DNA of 64,000 bases from Haplodiscus bocki (Eukaryota): NCBI GenBank assembly GCA_965655095.1, contig OZ296656.1, positions 44,640,001 through 44,704,000 on the forward strand. The letters are read 5' to 3'. Position numbers and translations under genes: made by a program. Under the pieces are notes generated by a model. The model made no database searches and was not told the origin of the DNA. It saw only the letters and a program-made list of their open reading frames with translations. Below are positions 10,721 through 22,990 of the stretch, piece after piece. The stretch's first letter is position 1. Each line of letters opens with the position of its first letter.

Positions 10721-13700
10721 TAAAAGGTTTACTGCAAATCGCGGAGGCAGACGATTATTCCACAGACTGTTTTGAGCAGATTCTTGTCTTGTGTGACTCA
10801 GCTTGCAGTCACTTTTGGATTTCTGAAAAGTTTGTCAAAAGACTCAAACTACAGGGCCCTCCGACGACACTCACTGTTCGAGGTATTACTTCTCAGCAAA
10901 CAATAAACACCCAGAATGATGACTTCAAGTTAACACCCGTTCATTCGGGTAGCTCTTGCGCAACATTCAATATCATGCATTATGTGAGGAGAGACCTCAA
11001 CCTTGGCACCGATATCATCGACGTCAAAAATTTCAAACAACGATATCCACACCTCGAGCTAGTTACACTCGGTAAGTACAGCTACGCCAATTTAAAAAAG
11101 TTACTTTTCCAAGACGCGTTCTACCTCATCCACCCGCTGGAGTTTTTGCAATCCAACCGTCGGGATACTCCGTTTGCCATACTCCTAACGCTGGCTGGGT
11201 GTTGACTGGACTGCTTCCTTCGGCTTCAGTTCTTTTGTCCTTATGTTTTGAAACACTTGTACGAACAGACAATGACTCTGAGTTGGCCAATCAACTCCGT
11301 AATCGGTATGACTTGGAGTCGTACGGAGCGTACAAGCAAGTCGATCGAAGCTCCGCAGCTGACGCGCGAGCGCTCCGCATTCTCGAAGACTTAGCTAACG
11401 ATTTTGGGTCCCGATATCAACTCCGTTTGGTATGGGTCGATGACTGAAGTAAATTGCCAAATATTTATTATTCCGCTTTTGTACAGCTGAAGTCAATAGA
11501 GCACCGTCTTAGGAAAGATCTTAATTCAAGAGTGTTGTTCCTATACAATTCAGGAAGATTTTTTGCAAAATTGTATCGTAAAAACTGATCGATCTCATTG
11601 TTTTAATGTAGAAAATCCACAGGACTGGTACTTGCTGCACCAACTCGTACTTCATTCACATATGCTTGCCAAGGTGCGACGTGTTGTAAATGGAGCCACA
11701 AAATTCCGTGGCCATTCGCTGAAAGCCACCCTTTTCAAGGTGCCAGATTTAATTCAGAGTCTGATTCATGTTCTTCTTCGTTTCCGGCAGCACCAATACG
11801 CGGTCTGCGCAGACATCGAGGAAAAGTTTCTACATGTCGGTGTCGTTCTGACAGCTGAACGGTCTTTTTGTTCCCTGTGGCGGCAAAACCCATCAAAAAA
11901 CGTTCCAGTGTTTCAATACACCCGTCATAATTTACACCCGTCAAAACAAAGATGTGAAGGTATATGCTGGCGATAATGAAATTTCGCACGTCGTGGGTCT
12001 ATATTGAAGTCACCAGTCAGACACTTTGGTAGTAAGTCGAGGAACAAGCCCAAAACAGAAAAACTTGCCAACGCAAGGGACAGTACTTAGTTTACTGTCC
12101 ACCGTGTTTGATCTCGTCGTTCTCGTAGCACCTGATACAGTCAAAGCGCGCTTACTCCTAAAAGTTATCTGGCGTCTCAGTGGCCAAAGGTGGGACAATG
12201 AAACACCGGAAGACAGTGCGCATCAGTTTTTTGAGTGGAGCAGAGAACTGCCTTCATTGAGTTCCGAAATCATCCCACGGAGCTATTTCAAACATGAAGT
12301 TCATTGTTTAGAATTGCACGTGTTTGGTGACGGCTCTCAAACTGTTTTAAGTGCAGTAGTTTTTCTCCGACGAAAAGTTGTTTTTAACCAAAACGTCATA
12401 TTAGAATTGGCTTTTGTAATCTTTAAAGTTCGTGTTGCCCCTATGAAAGCGTTGACAAATCCGAAGCTGGGGTTGAAAGCCGCCGTGCTGGCTTTGCGAA
12501 ATAGAGCTGAAGTTCACCGCGCTATGCCGATGCAATTTGACGGAGCCTTCATGTGGACCGAAAACACAGGCGTAATTCAGTGGCTACTCTCAATTGACAA
12601 ACAACCTGTGTTGGTTGCGAACCGCGTAGCAGAATTGTTTGACTTAGCAATCACAGATGTATGGAATTATGTTCAATCCGCTGACAACCCGGCCGATGCA
12701 GGTACGTGTGGTGTTGCAGCTAGTGCTCCTCTGGAATGTAGTTGGTTGAAATGTCCTGACTTTCTTAGAACATCAGATTCGCTTTTCAAGCCACCCGACG
12801 AAATTGTCAAAAGATCAGAAAAACCAAGCTAGCTACAGAAACTAAACCAAATTCCGTAACACAAAACGCGTCAACGTTCAGCACAACTGTCACCAGTAAA
12901 TGCATCAACTTTCGGCAAGCGAAAATGCAGCTCATTGAAAAATTTTTCGCATTGTGGGGTACGTTTTGCGTGTGTTACCGAAGTTCAGTGGGCATCGAAC
13001 AAGAGATGGATCAATCATCGATCCAAATGAACTTATGCTTACAGAAAGGGAACTTTTCTGTCTAATACAACTTGAATCGTTCAACTCACAGAGGAAATGC
13101 TTGTTAAAACTTTCCACAGTCAGCAAGTCTTCGAAATTAAATAAGTTTTCGCTTTTAATGGACCCAACGGTCTATTTCGCGCAACCCGCTGAGTTAGAGC
13201 GCTGGAAAAAAATATTTTTTTTGGCATGAAACACACCGTTTTGTTAGACAAAAATCACCCGGCTGTTCAATCGTGTCTCGAAAATCTTCATCACAAACTT
13301 TGCCATCAAGGTGTTGAATCTCTCAGAGCCTCAATTCAGCAAAAGTATCTGATTATCTGACTGAGACCAACTTTGAGATCAATAGAGACTAAATGCGTTA
13401 CATGCCGCAAGCGCAAAGCGCAAGTCATCAAGTCAATCTTGGCAAATCCTCCTCGGAAACGTTTGGATTTCCGTTATTGTCCGTTCACCAACACCGGAGT
13501 TGAATATCTCGGGCCATTTTACGTGTCTGTAAAATGGTCGAACGAGAAACGATGGGGATTGCTTTTCATCTGTCTAACCACACGCTCAGTGCATTCCGTT
13601 GTGGTTTTATCAATGGACACGAGTAGTTGTGTCAAGGGGATTAAAAAAATTGTTTCATGCCGTGGTGTTCAATCAATCCTTTGCTCTAGTCAGGGGAATA

Positions 13701-14370
13701 ATTTCAATGCCATTGAAAAGAAACTTCTCCAAAACATTCGTAGCTGGAATCAACGGGTCTCACTTGATTCTCTAGTCAAAAAAGGCATACTTTGGATGTT
13801 TAACCCGCCCAGTTAACCAGATCATGGAGGTCCGTGACAACGGTTTGTAAAACTTTTGAGCATGTGTGCAGCGCTATCGTTTTAAACAGACGCCTAACTG
13901 ACGAAATACTTAGCACCACCTTTTGTGTTGTTGAACAGAGTCTCAATGAACGCCCGCTAGTTGCCGCCAGCTCAGATGCAACTGAACTCAAGGCATTGAC
14001 TCCCAACCATTTTATACTCGGATTACGGAATTCATGCTTACCGTTTCACTCTCCGAACGCCCTCGATCATCGGAAGCGCTACGTCCACGCCCAGGCCTAT
14101 CCCGACGCAGTTTGGATTAGATGGCTAAAAGAGTGCTTTCCTACTTTGAATCCTTGATCAAAATGGTCAATTTCACAAGAAAGATTCTAGAAAAATGGCA
14201 ATCTTGTTTGGATCGTAGAGCTAACAAATCCCAGAAGATACTACCCTCTAGCACGTATTGTGAATTCACAATTCAGCAAGGACACAGTAGCCCGTTCAGC
14301 TGAACTGAAAAGTTCGTCCGGAAATCTTCTCCGTCCATTAGTAAAACTCGCCCCCGTTCTTGTACCAGGC
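10721..14370 (+). pseudogene. pol: BEL pol: aspartic protease, RT (core deleted), RNase H, integrase
   Basis: Protease LCDSACS (~10789). RT KVRRVVNGA, PDLIQSLIHVLLRFRQ, ADIEEKFLHV. RNase H in 12026-12832. Integrase CVTC, PFTNTGVEYLGPF, LNERPL, ALTPNHF and a GPY/F-like tail. Confidence 0.93.
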
Positions 14371-14466
14371 TCAAACACTTCCTTTAAATTAAATTTGTCA
14401 TTATAAGCATGCCACGTGTTCTTCAACGTCACGCACTTTCGCTTTTGACAGATTCGACTTTCTTTT

Positions 14467-14478
14467 GGGCCCGGAAGA
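14467..14478 (+). promoter_or_regulatory. Polypurine tract (plus-strand primer site) of the BEL element
   Basis: gggcccggaaga immediately before the TG of the 3' LTR. Confidence 0.7.
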
Positions 14479-14831
14479 TGTTGCGTATGCAGTAAAAACG
14501 CTTTCGTCCCGGATGGCTTAGCGGTAGCGTGTGCGCCTTTGAATCGATAGGATACCAGTTCAATTTCCGGTGAAAAACTAGTTTCCTTTTTTTTCTATTT
14601 TCCATGAATTCACTAATTTATTGACCACCAGAAGTTTTTGTTATCGCCCCTCTAATTACTGTTTGTCGATGTTAGTAAACAACCATATATTGATGATGTA
14701 ATATTGTTCTTTTCGAGCCGGTACATGAGTTTGTCCGATGATATCAGTACGGTGACGGCGGACAATAATTGTTCGTCAGTATCATTGCATTGTTCAGAAT
14801 TTTAGTCTTTTTCGGAGAGTCACCGAAAACA
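14479..14831 (+). repeat. BEL 3' LTR
   Basis: tgttgcgta...gaaaaca; direct repeat of 6352-6721. Confidence 0.95.
14511..14594 (+). ncRNA. tRNA(Gln)-like Pol III cassette in the 3' LTR
   Basis: 65 nt identical to 6399-6463, followed by a T-run. Confidence 0.7.
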
Positions 14832-15051
14832 AAACGCTTCAACCACTTTTTGATTAAAACACTACTGCAATGAAAAACTATCTGTCTTGTGTTGCAACAC
14901 TGAAGATAACTCAGGGCTTGATATAAACTATATAGCGGACGTCAAAAAACATCGTCATGCTACTAACACTATCATCTTTGTTGATTTATAATTTCAAAAC
15001 CGGTATCAAACTGTTTTTTTGAATGCTACAACGGCACGTTGTGCAATAGTT

Positions 15052-17278
15052 CATCGTGAAACTGGCGCGTGCAAAAGTACCTGCGATGGCTGCAGGTCAC
15101 CCTTTTCGGAGGTAAAATTACCTGCAAATGTAGGCAAAATTTTTCGTAGGTAACAATTGCTTGTGGTTTCCGCAAGTATCTGGCAGAAATTTACCTGGGC
15201 CTGCAGGTAAGTTACGTGAAAGCTTTATCTTTCGTGTCAGGTCGGGTTTTTTCAAACCTACAGACGTTTCTTTTTGTCCATTACCAAAAAATTTGACCAA
15301 AGTAATAACTTACTGCCTTTGAAGTCAAGGGTGAACCCCTTGAAATTGAATATTTTCCGAAAAAAAATTGAACTTCTCCTTGTTGGATGTTCACTCCGTT
15401 ATCCCAAAAAATAGAGCGAACTAAAAACTTCTTCACGATCTCTAAAAAGATTGAAAACTGGCATTTGTCATTTTTTCAACATTCTCATTTATCCAGAGGA
15501 TGAAAAATGTCAAGCAAAAGTAAGATTTGGTCTTGAAACCGCTTGAAAACACAGAGTTTTTCAAAAGAGATGTAACACAACTGAATTTTTGAAAGTTTTT
15601 GGAATTTGACTAAACGGAAAAACGCATCACTTTTTGTGAAAAAAAAGTTGGAGAATCCATTTTCCCAGGAAAAGGTTGACCAAAAAGTGCTGAAATAATC
15701 CAGCAGGAAGTTTATTACGCCTTTCAGAGCTGAAGCACCAAAGAACAGTTGAGGTTTATTTAAATGTTAGAAATAGGAATCCCGAATTCGCGGAAAGTAA
15801 AATAGTAGAAAAAATGACGTAATAAAACCTTTTTTACTGAAATTAAACTCAAAACATCTTGAATCAAATTTTTGTTGAACTAAAAGCACAATGAGGACTC
15901 TTATGTTATGTACAATGAAGAGGACTATTAAGTATCCGATGCAACTTTCTTTTCTAAGTTTGGGTGCCTTCTGGTTTAATTTACCCGCGAGTAATGATGG
16001 TGTAACTCTGTAATTGCTGCTGAGGATCAATTAGTCCGTTTTCCAATTTTTCATCGTAGTTGTGTTTAGCTTTTCTACTCCGTTTACTGTGATACTTGTG
16101 TTTCGAGTGATGGTAATGGACGCTGCCAATGTATTTGCCCGTTGGTGGCCCTGCTGGTGCCGTAAAGGTTTTTTTGACCTGCAAAAATGAGAAAAGACTT
16201 GAGTTCATTGAGATGCATACTTGTCTTGGACCTGGTGCTCAATTTTTGTTGAGACATAATTGAGGGAAAATGGATACTTTTGAGGGTATTTTGAGCCGTA
16301 GGATTTCTAATATCGGTTGGTGAGCCCTAGCAATGCAATGAAACTTAATTTTTTAATGTCAGGGCGTCTTCCAGCTTAGCTTTCCTGCAAGTAGTGATAT
16401 TTTTCCGACACGGTTGCATTACCTGCAAAGTTGGGCAATTTTATGTGAGGAGAGAGGCATCTGAAAAGGCCTCACTCGCATTTGACCTGCTTTACATGCA
16501 GTTTGTTTACCGGTAAAAGTAGGTTAGATCACGCGCGTCTACTTGGCAAGCAATTCCCTCGAAATACACGCGACCGAACGTAAAAGCACGCAAATTGCGG
16601 GTCACTTCATTTACAGGATACAGTCTAACTTACATGGATTTTGGAGGTAAATTTATCCGCGGTTTGATAGCAGTTTTGCCTGCAATGACGGGTTTTTTGC
16701 CTGCAACTGATGGTATTTTGCCTGCGTTTGCGGGTATTTTTGCCTGGGATTGCGGCTACTTTTGCCTGCGATTGAAGGTATGTTTCACTGCGACTGTGGG
16801 TGTTTTTGCTTGGGGTTGCAGGTATTTTGCCTGCGTTTGCGGGTATTTTTGCTTGGGATTGCAGCTACTTTTGCCTGCGATTGAAGGTATGTTTGCCTGC
16901 GACTGTGGCTGTTTTTGCTTGGGATTGCAGGTTTTTTTTGCCTTCGATTGCGGGTGTTTTCGGCTGCAAATTGCATGTATTTTTGCCTTCAGAAGCAGGC
17001 AGTTTTGCATGGCAGTCGCGGGCGAATTTGCAAGAGTTCCACATCTAAAAACATCTGTAAAATACCCGCTATGTTCCGGTAAGTTTACATGCGGTTGCAG
17101 GCAATTCGCGTGTATTCTGCGTGAGGTGCTTGCCCCGAAGACACAGGTAAATTTACCTCTTTTTACAGGTAAATTGCATGTAACGAATGTAAACTGCCCG
17201 TGGGGCATTTCTGAATGCGGTTCCTATGTAAATTCACCTGCTTTTGTAGGTAATTTTGCACGCGCCAGTTTTACAGTG
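15052..17278. mobile_element. Non-autonomous DNA transposon with CACT-type TIRs (CMC/EnSpm-like)
   Basis: Left end catcgtgaaactggcgcgtgcaaaagtacct versus right-end reverse complement cactgtaaaactggcgcgtgcaaaattacct. Many (tt)acctgc/gcaggt subterminal motifs at both ends. Confidence 0.8.
16675..16965. repeat. ~22-bp minisatellite with ~109-bp higher-order duplication
   Basis: Unit approximately ttttgcctgcgattgcgggtat; block 16712-16820 is repeated from 16821. Confidence 0.85.
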
Positions 17279-17706
17279 TAATGTGAATTTGAAGACTGTA
17301 AGCGACTAATTTATCATAGGTCTCTAAATCTTTTTACTTTGATCAAAGTCGTTCAACATCCAAGTGCATTCAGCAGATCGATGGTTTTCTACAATACTAG
17401 CGTGTCCTCCTCCTACTTGTTTCTTTTTCAAAATTACTTGTTTTACCGATTGGAGAAAATTTTCAACAGAAAAATGACCTAACTATTCCGTAAATGCTCA
17501 GAGTGATAATAGTTTCGTTAGTGGTGTTCCATGTTTGTGCCTTTTACATATCGCGGACTTTGCAAACTCGTTCATGCCGCAGTCGTTTATGTGCAACATA
17601 ACGATAGCCAAAACAGCTAGTTATAGGTATTGGGCAAGGAAGCACCGTCAGTGCAACAGTAGAGTTGATAGGTATCTCGCAAACATATGTTGTTGATGTT
17701 GTTGTT

Positions 17707-17937
17707 NNNNNNNNNNNNNNNNNNNNNNNNNNNNNNNNNNNNNNNNNNNNNNNNNNNNNNNNNNNNNNNNNNNNNNNNNNNNNNNNNNNNNNNNNNNNNN
17801 NNNNNNNNNNNNNNNNNNNNNNNNNNNNNNNNNNNNNNNNNNNNNNNNNNNNNNNNNNNNNNNNNNNNNNNNNNNNNNNNNNNNNNNNNNNNNNNNNNNN
17901 NNNNNNNNNNNNNNNNNNNNNNNNNNNNNNNNNNNNN
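17707..17937. other. Assembly gap (231 N), preceded by a (gtt)n-like tract
   Basis: Run of N in the sequence. Confidence 1.
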
Positions 17938-18214
17938 TAACCCGGAAAGTTCTGAGAATCGATCGCTATCACTACCAGAAGAAATTACAAAACTAGAGGG
18001 ACACTTCCGCTAGCATTTTGAGCACTTCAAGTGTTCGTTAAAAACTGCAAAATTTCCAAAAATCTCGATTGTCATGAAAAATTCTGTGATTTCTTCTCAG
18101 GAGGAAGTTAGATTTCCGATTAGTTACTTCAACTCGGGTTTCCACCAAAAGAAACATTTCACCGTTGCTGTGGCGTCTAGAAAAGTCAAAAAGCAATTAC
18201 AACACATTGTTTCC

Positions 18215-18450
18215 CACTGAAATTGAGTGTACAAGAACTAAAGGTACAGGTAAGGTACCGCCTGTATTTTTCATGCGGCTTGCGAAACCAACCAGCAAAT
18301 CCTTGATTGAAACTTAGAAAACTTCATTTGATTTCAAGAAAACTTCGAACGCTCTGGAAACTTGGCGCAGTTGAACCGATACACGAAAACGATGATATTA
18401 GAAACATCGAAGAGTACCGGCCAGCAAAACCACTTCCTGTAGTCACATAA
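18215..18450 (+). pseudogene. LINE (CR1/L2/Jockey-group-like) RT N-terminal fragment
   Basis: TRTKGTGKVPPVFFMRLAKPTSKSL and WKLGAVEPIHENDDIRNIEEYRPAKPLPV resemble the conserved KSxGPDxIP...WKxAxVxPIxKxGD...NYRPISLL block. Confidence 0.65.
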
Positions 18451-18454
18451 CGTA

Positions 18455-18847
18455 TGTTTGGTAGGCGTCGTCCGCGCAGCAATCTTGTGAGGATTGGCCC
18501 AGAGAAACCTTTGCTTCAGGATGAGGACAAGTCTGGGAAGGATCTTTAGTCCGTTCCTGGTTTTCTCTACTTTAATTTCGGGATGTATCCGGAACAGATC
18601 CGGAGTGAACCCAAGCTAGTGGGTTCAAAACAAATTCATCAAGCCTGGAGAGAGCACCCAGAATGCGACTCTCTCTTTTGCTAATCTCCTGAAACAATTT
18701 TTTTTGTCACTTAACATTCAATCTTTTCAAACACCAGAGTGATGTAGTCCTCTTGCATTCCAGGAACATTTGTGTCCCCCGCCTGGCTATTTCTGGGATG
18801 TTCCTCATGGTTCTCTCTATGGCTGCTAACTTATTTTCATTTCTCAT
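18455..18847 (-). pseudogene. Gag-like N-terminal reading frame inside the LTR
   Basis: MRNENKLAAI... then, across frameshifts, NHEEHPRNSQAGDTNVPGMQEDYITLVFEKIEC*VTKK / LFQEISKRESRILGALSRLDEFVLNPL..., running to the LTR end. Confidence 0.55.
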
Positions 18848-20386
18848 CGTTCCCACTTTCAGAAGTGGGGAAAATAGCTAGCAGTGTTGAAGACTGAATT
18901 TGTTGAAAGATTAAGTGGGGAAAATGATTAAAAGTAACGTCATAGGGAAAACGGAAAAGGACTCGTTATTATCATCAGTACAAAGGATTAGTAAATTGGT
19001 ATTTTCATTTTACTGATTTATACATTTTCCTTGGCGAGAAACATTATTGTTTACACGCCAAGTCAAGGTACAAATAGGGAGAAGTACAATCGTGATTACA
19101 ACAACAAAGCAGAGATTCCGACTCTGACGGGAAATAAACACCCTACCATCCCTTTCTTCCCTCATAAGACGCGTCCACTCCATCTCTGAACAGAAACCTA
19201 GTCCGTCGCAAATGGACATCACACTGCTTATTCTAGCGCCTACATATTCTTTAAATACAAATTCATTTTCTGAATTGGGAAATGTAGAAAAATAAAATGT
19301 TCATGAAATTTGTTGAAAATATGAATGGTACTTCAAAAGAGAAGAATCATGTTGTTTCATGTATATTTCAGCACTCTTAGTTCATTTGTAGCTGGTTTTG
19401 AGAAACGAGGAGAAACTATTAACACTACTAACTTGCTTTGTAATTCAGACAAGTAGCTACTAGTGTGCTCCGGAAAACTTCCGTAGCCACTGGTAGTGGC
19501 AGTCGAGTCAAGCAGGCCGTGCTTAAATGAGGAGTGAATACGGAGTCAGTCCGTATTCAGCACAGCGCTGCCACACAGTATGGTAATTGAATTAGTTGTG
19601 AAGTCACCAAACCAGTAGCGACGGAACACGTAGGGAACAAATTTTCACTCCTAGAGTCATCCACGTTGTTTTACAGTCACTCTGTTTGTTAGCTTGTGAA
19701 TTAATTTAGGCTGCACTGTTTAAATTGGCACTTATCACAATCAATCAATTTGATTGCATTCGTAAGGTGGATTTATATCAACTAAAAAATGAAACATTAT
19801 AAATAAAGCACTTTTTACAATGAACTAATTGTTGAATACGTGTTTGTTCCGTAACGGTTGCGTCCCGGTCTGGATCAGTCTAGTGTTGTGATCCGTATAT
19901 AATACGGATCACTTTACATGTACAAGAAATGTAAATATGTATGAGTGTTTATTGAATTAAACTTAAAAATTTGAGTTTCATTCTGAGTCTGGGGTTGTCT
20001 TTTCTTAAGGCAGGGGTTAACCACAAGCTTCGCAGGTGTGCTGCGACAGTATCTACCGATATATCTACCATGAATTGCTCAATTGCATTCAATCAGATTT
20101 TACCTCTGGGTAAGACATCTGCAGGTCATAAAAAGACATTTGCAGTCGAATTATAGTGGTTTTCTTAGAGGGAATGTAGAATGCCATGGAGAAAAGTAGT
20201 GACTCAGTAGTCCCCTCTTACACCGACTTTGGAAGGCCTTTGGAAAAGGTTCCACACAAAGAGCGGTCATTGAGAACGAAAAGCAACGGCATTGGAGGCT
20301 ACTGTCTGCGTCTCACAGCTTGTTGCCTCACAAGCAGAAACATGTTGAGGTGAATTATTAAAAGTTGACTAGTGGTTGTCGCGACA
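18455..20386 (-). mobile_element. Second solo LTR (~1.9 kb, probably Gypsy-type), minus strand
   Basis: Starts TGTCGCGACA at 20386 and ends ...CA at ~18455. It carries a gag-like frame at its 3' end and lies next to the end of the LINE fragment. TSD not convincingly recovered. Confidence 0.6.
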
Positions 20387-20389
20387 CCT

Positions 20390-22330
20390 TACCTTGCGAC
20401 CAATGTTGTTTTGTCAATTCATAAAAGTTCTACTTGAATTTGCCCAATTCAGGAAACTCCTTTTCTACTTTTTGATGAAACCAAACGGCACCTGCAAATT
20501 GATTCAAATACATATTGTATTAGTCTTCTGTTCAGAAACAACAACGGAATGGAATTGGCAAATGACAAATGCTAAGCTTTAAATTTCCGCGGACCTAGGA
20601 GTTCGTTTCCTTTTGTAAATACTGACCTTGAATCAACTTCACTCATGATGAATTCAAGCGTTCAACGCACATACACATTGGCGACACTTGGGAATATTGG
20701 ACATTGAATACAAAAATCTAAAAAGAATTCTCCTTTTTCCCATGAACTTAGCGAACAATACTAATAGAAACGTGAAGCTACTTCTAAACGTGTCTCTAAT
20801 AATAGTAGGCTCAGTCTTTAACGAAGCATCTAGTTTTTGTTTCCAGACAATGGGTGACTCTTGAAACGTGTATTTTTCAAAAATTGTTCCTTTTTTTTCA
20901 TCGAAAGTGCTACATTTTCTCCAGCCCAATAAATTGCTGACGTAATCGCGGGTCCAAGGAGAAGGTCAAAAAAATTTGCCGAGCTTCAGAACACAGTAAT
21001 CGCATTCCTCTAAAAACTGAGAGGTTCTAGTCCCATGTCAAATGCAGCAAGATATCGTGAGAATTTTTACTGCAGGACAGCGAAAAATTGAGACCGATAC
21101 CCCAGGGAGGTTGATTGTTTCAATCCTGTTGTTGAACTCTGATGTGAACAGTTTCCAGTTTCGTATTCAACAAAAAAAGTTCACAATCAATTTGCCGTTT
21201 TAACATCCTACCAAAAACCTTCAGGAAATACTTTTCAAAACAAGCCCATTGATTTTTGGAATGAATTTCAATGTTCTTCCAAACAAACTAGTCCCATATC
21301 CGCAAAACGATGAAAAAAGTAGACCTGAGCTGCTTAATAGCTTAGCTAGAACGTGAGTACCGCAACAGTTGGCAGGTAAACCAATTTGACAGCTAGTCAT
21401 TGAGAAAAGACATGACTAAGAACTGAGAGAACATTTTTGTTTTTTAAATTATCACTCGAAGTATTTCTGCCTACAGTTCTAAAACAGCCCCTCTCTACAT
21501 TCCAGCTGAGCTCTTGGACATCAAGTAGATGAGAAACGCTTGATGAAATCGGCGGAAGCAATAAGTTTCGGTAAAGGCTCTGTTCACGATAAACTGAGGC
21601 AAAAACGTGTTTGATTTGTCAATTGAAATTCAAGAGGTTTTGGGCAAAAAGAGCAACTTTGAGCCTTCCTCTTACTCAGCAGACCATCCGTACGCTCTGT
21701 GTTTGAAAAAGTGCTGGCCGGAGGCAACCTTGCGATTCGGTCCGAAAAAAACTGTTAACATAAGGAGCAAGTGAAAAATCATAGGTTTCTGAGAAACAAC
21801 GCAAGATAATTCGCAGAATTTACACAAGACATACAACAAATAAACCTCCAAAACATCCAAATTTCGCACCCGGAGTCAGAGGTGAAGTATTCAAAGTCCA
21901 CCAAAACTGGAGTTTATTAAATCTTGGAACACTTCAGATTCTCTTAAAATATGTTTCTTGTGGGCGAGTGTAAGAAAAACACACGTTGAGAGTAATAGAC
22001 ATGCTTCGCAGCAATGCGCCAGCCTGACACAGAGGGAAGTCGTCTGAAACACTTGAAAAACAAGTGGAGGTTTTTCAATACTAAGGAAAGAACCAAACTC
22101 AGATTTGATCAAGCCATTGAGGTTTCAGGACTTATACTTTTTTATCACTTGACCATTCCTGACGATAACACATTCTATTGTGTTCCTAGGAAAGAAACTA
22201 CTGCATGCAATAGAGTAAAAAAGAGTGCAACACCAAAACATGAGTTGAGCAATATTGAAATAGCATGAACAGATTTTTTGTAACGTTGCTGCTGGAGGAG
22301 CAAATATTTTCAAAAACTCTAATCGATGAG
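20390..22330. pseudogene. Highly decayed LINE 3'-end fragments (both strands)
   Basis: Weak similarity to LINE C-terminal tails, e.g. RENFYCRTAKN*DRYPREVDCFNPV at ~21055-21130 and patches at 20400-20930 (-) and 21890-22320 (+). Confidence 0.3.
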
Positions 22331-22378
22331 AAAAAATTCAGCATTTTTTTCAAAACTGGCACTCTCGTGCATTCCACC

Positions 22379-22990
22379 AGTAGTAGAAGAGTGAGTCGAT
22401 GGGGTGAGGGTGGGGGGTTGGAGGTCTCAATTTATTAACATAAGCTATAACGAGCCGACATGAGCCAAAAGCTGAAAAGGGACTTCCACGCTAGTTGAGA
22501 GCTCTCGGGTGCCGTATTACTCGCCTCTGATTGGCTGACGAAGTTTTTCCTGCTCGATTCTGAGTAGCTGCTGAGTCGCAATACTCGGTTCGCATTGGAC
22601 GTCGTCTCCCGCAAACCGGCAGCAATGTATTAAGGTAGGGTATAGTTTGGCCATGTTTCATTTAGATTTGAATAAGATTTAATAAGATAGAGTATAGTTC
22701 GGCAATTTATCAAGATAGGGTACAGCCGAGACGAAAACCATGTCAATGTATAAAGATGGGCAATGTTGTTAGGCAGCGTAATAAGATAGGAGGGTAAAGT
22801 ATTAGGATAGGGTATGGTAATTTACAATGTATAAAGATGCGGAAGAGGATAAAAAATTTCATTTTCGGCACTCTGCGACTTTTTTTAAAAAAAGTTTCTT
22901 GGATTTTTTCTTGGGTGCGGATAATTATTACGCACGCCGACTAACTATGACACCTGCGGATAATTCTTGAGGCCTGCAGTTACTTTTTAC
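22379..22990 (+). repeat. Polinton left terminal (TIR) region
   Basis: Starts agtagtagaagag, followed by a G-rich tract, repeated taagatagggtatag units (22630-22840) and tgcggataatt copies. Predicted 6-bp TSD tccacc at 22373-22378. Confidence 0.75.

Larger units (their letters stand above)
6352..14831 (+). mobile_element. Full-length, decayed BEL/Pao LTR retrotransposon
   Basis: Paired TG...CA LTRs. TSD gaacg (6347-6351) / aaacg (14832-14836), 4/5 match. Purine-rich tract before the 3' LTR. Domain order gag-PR-RT-RNaseH-IN with BEL-type motifs (ELHVFGDGS, DNPADAGT, ALTPNHF). Many stops and frameshifts. Confidence 0.95.

Noticed and set aside
16595-17281. 228-aa Cys/Phe-rich ORF and overlapping antisense ORFs
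   Set aside because: A by-product of the stop-poor 22-bp minisatellite and subterminal repeats; open in several frames with non-ATG starts.
17665-18013. Plus-strand ORFs spanning the gap
   Set aside because: Open only because of the N run.
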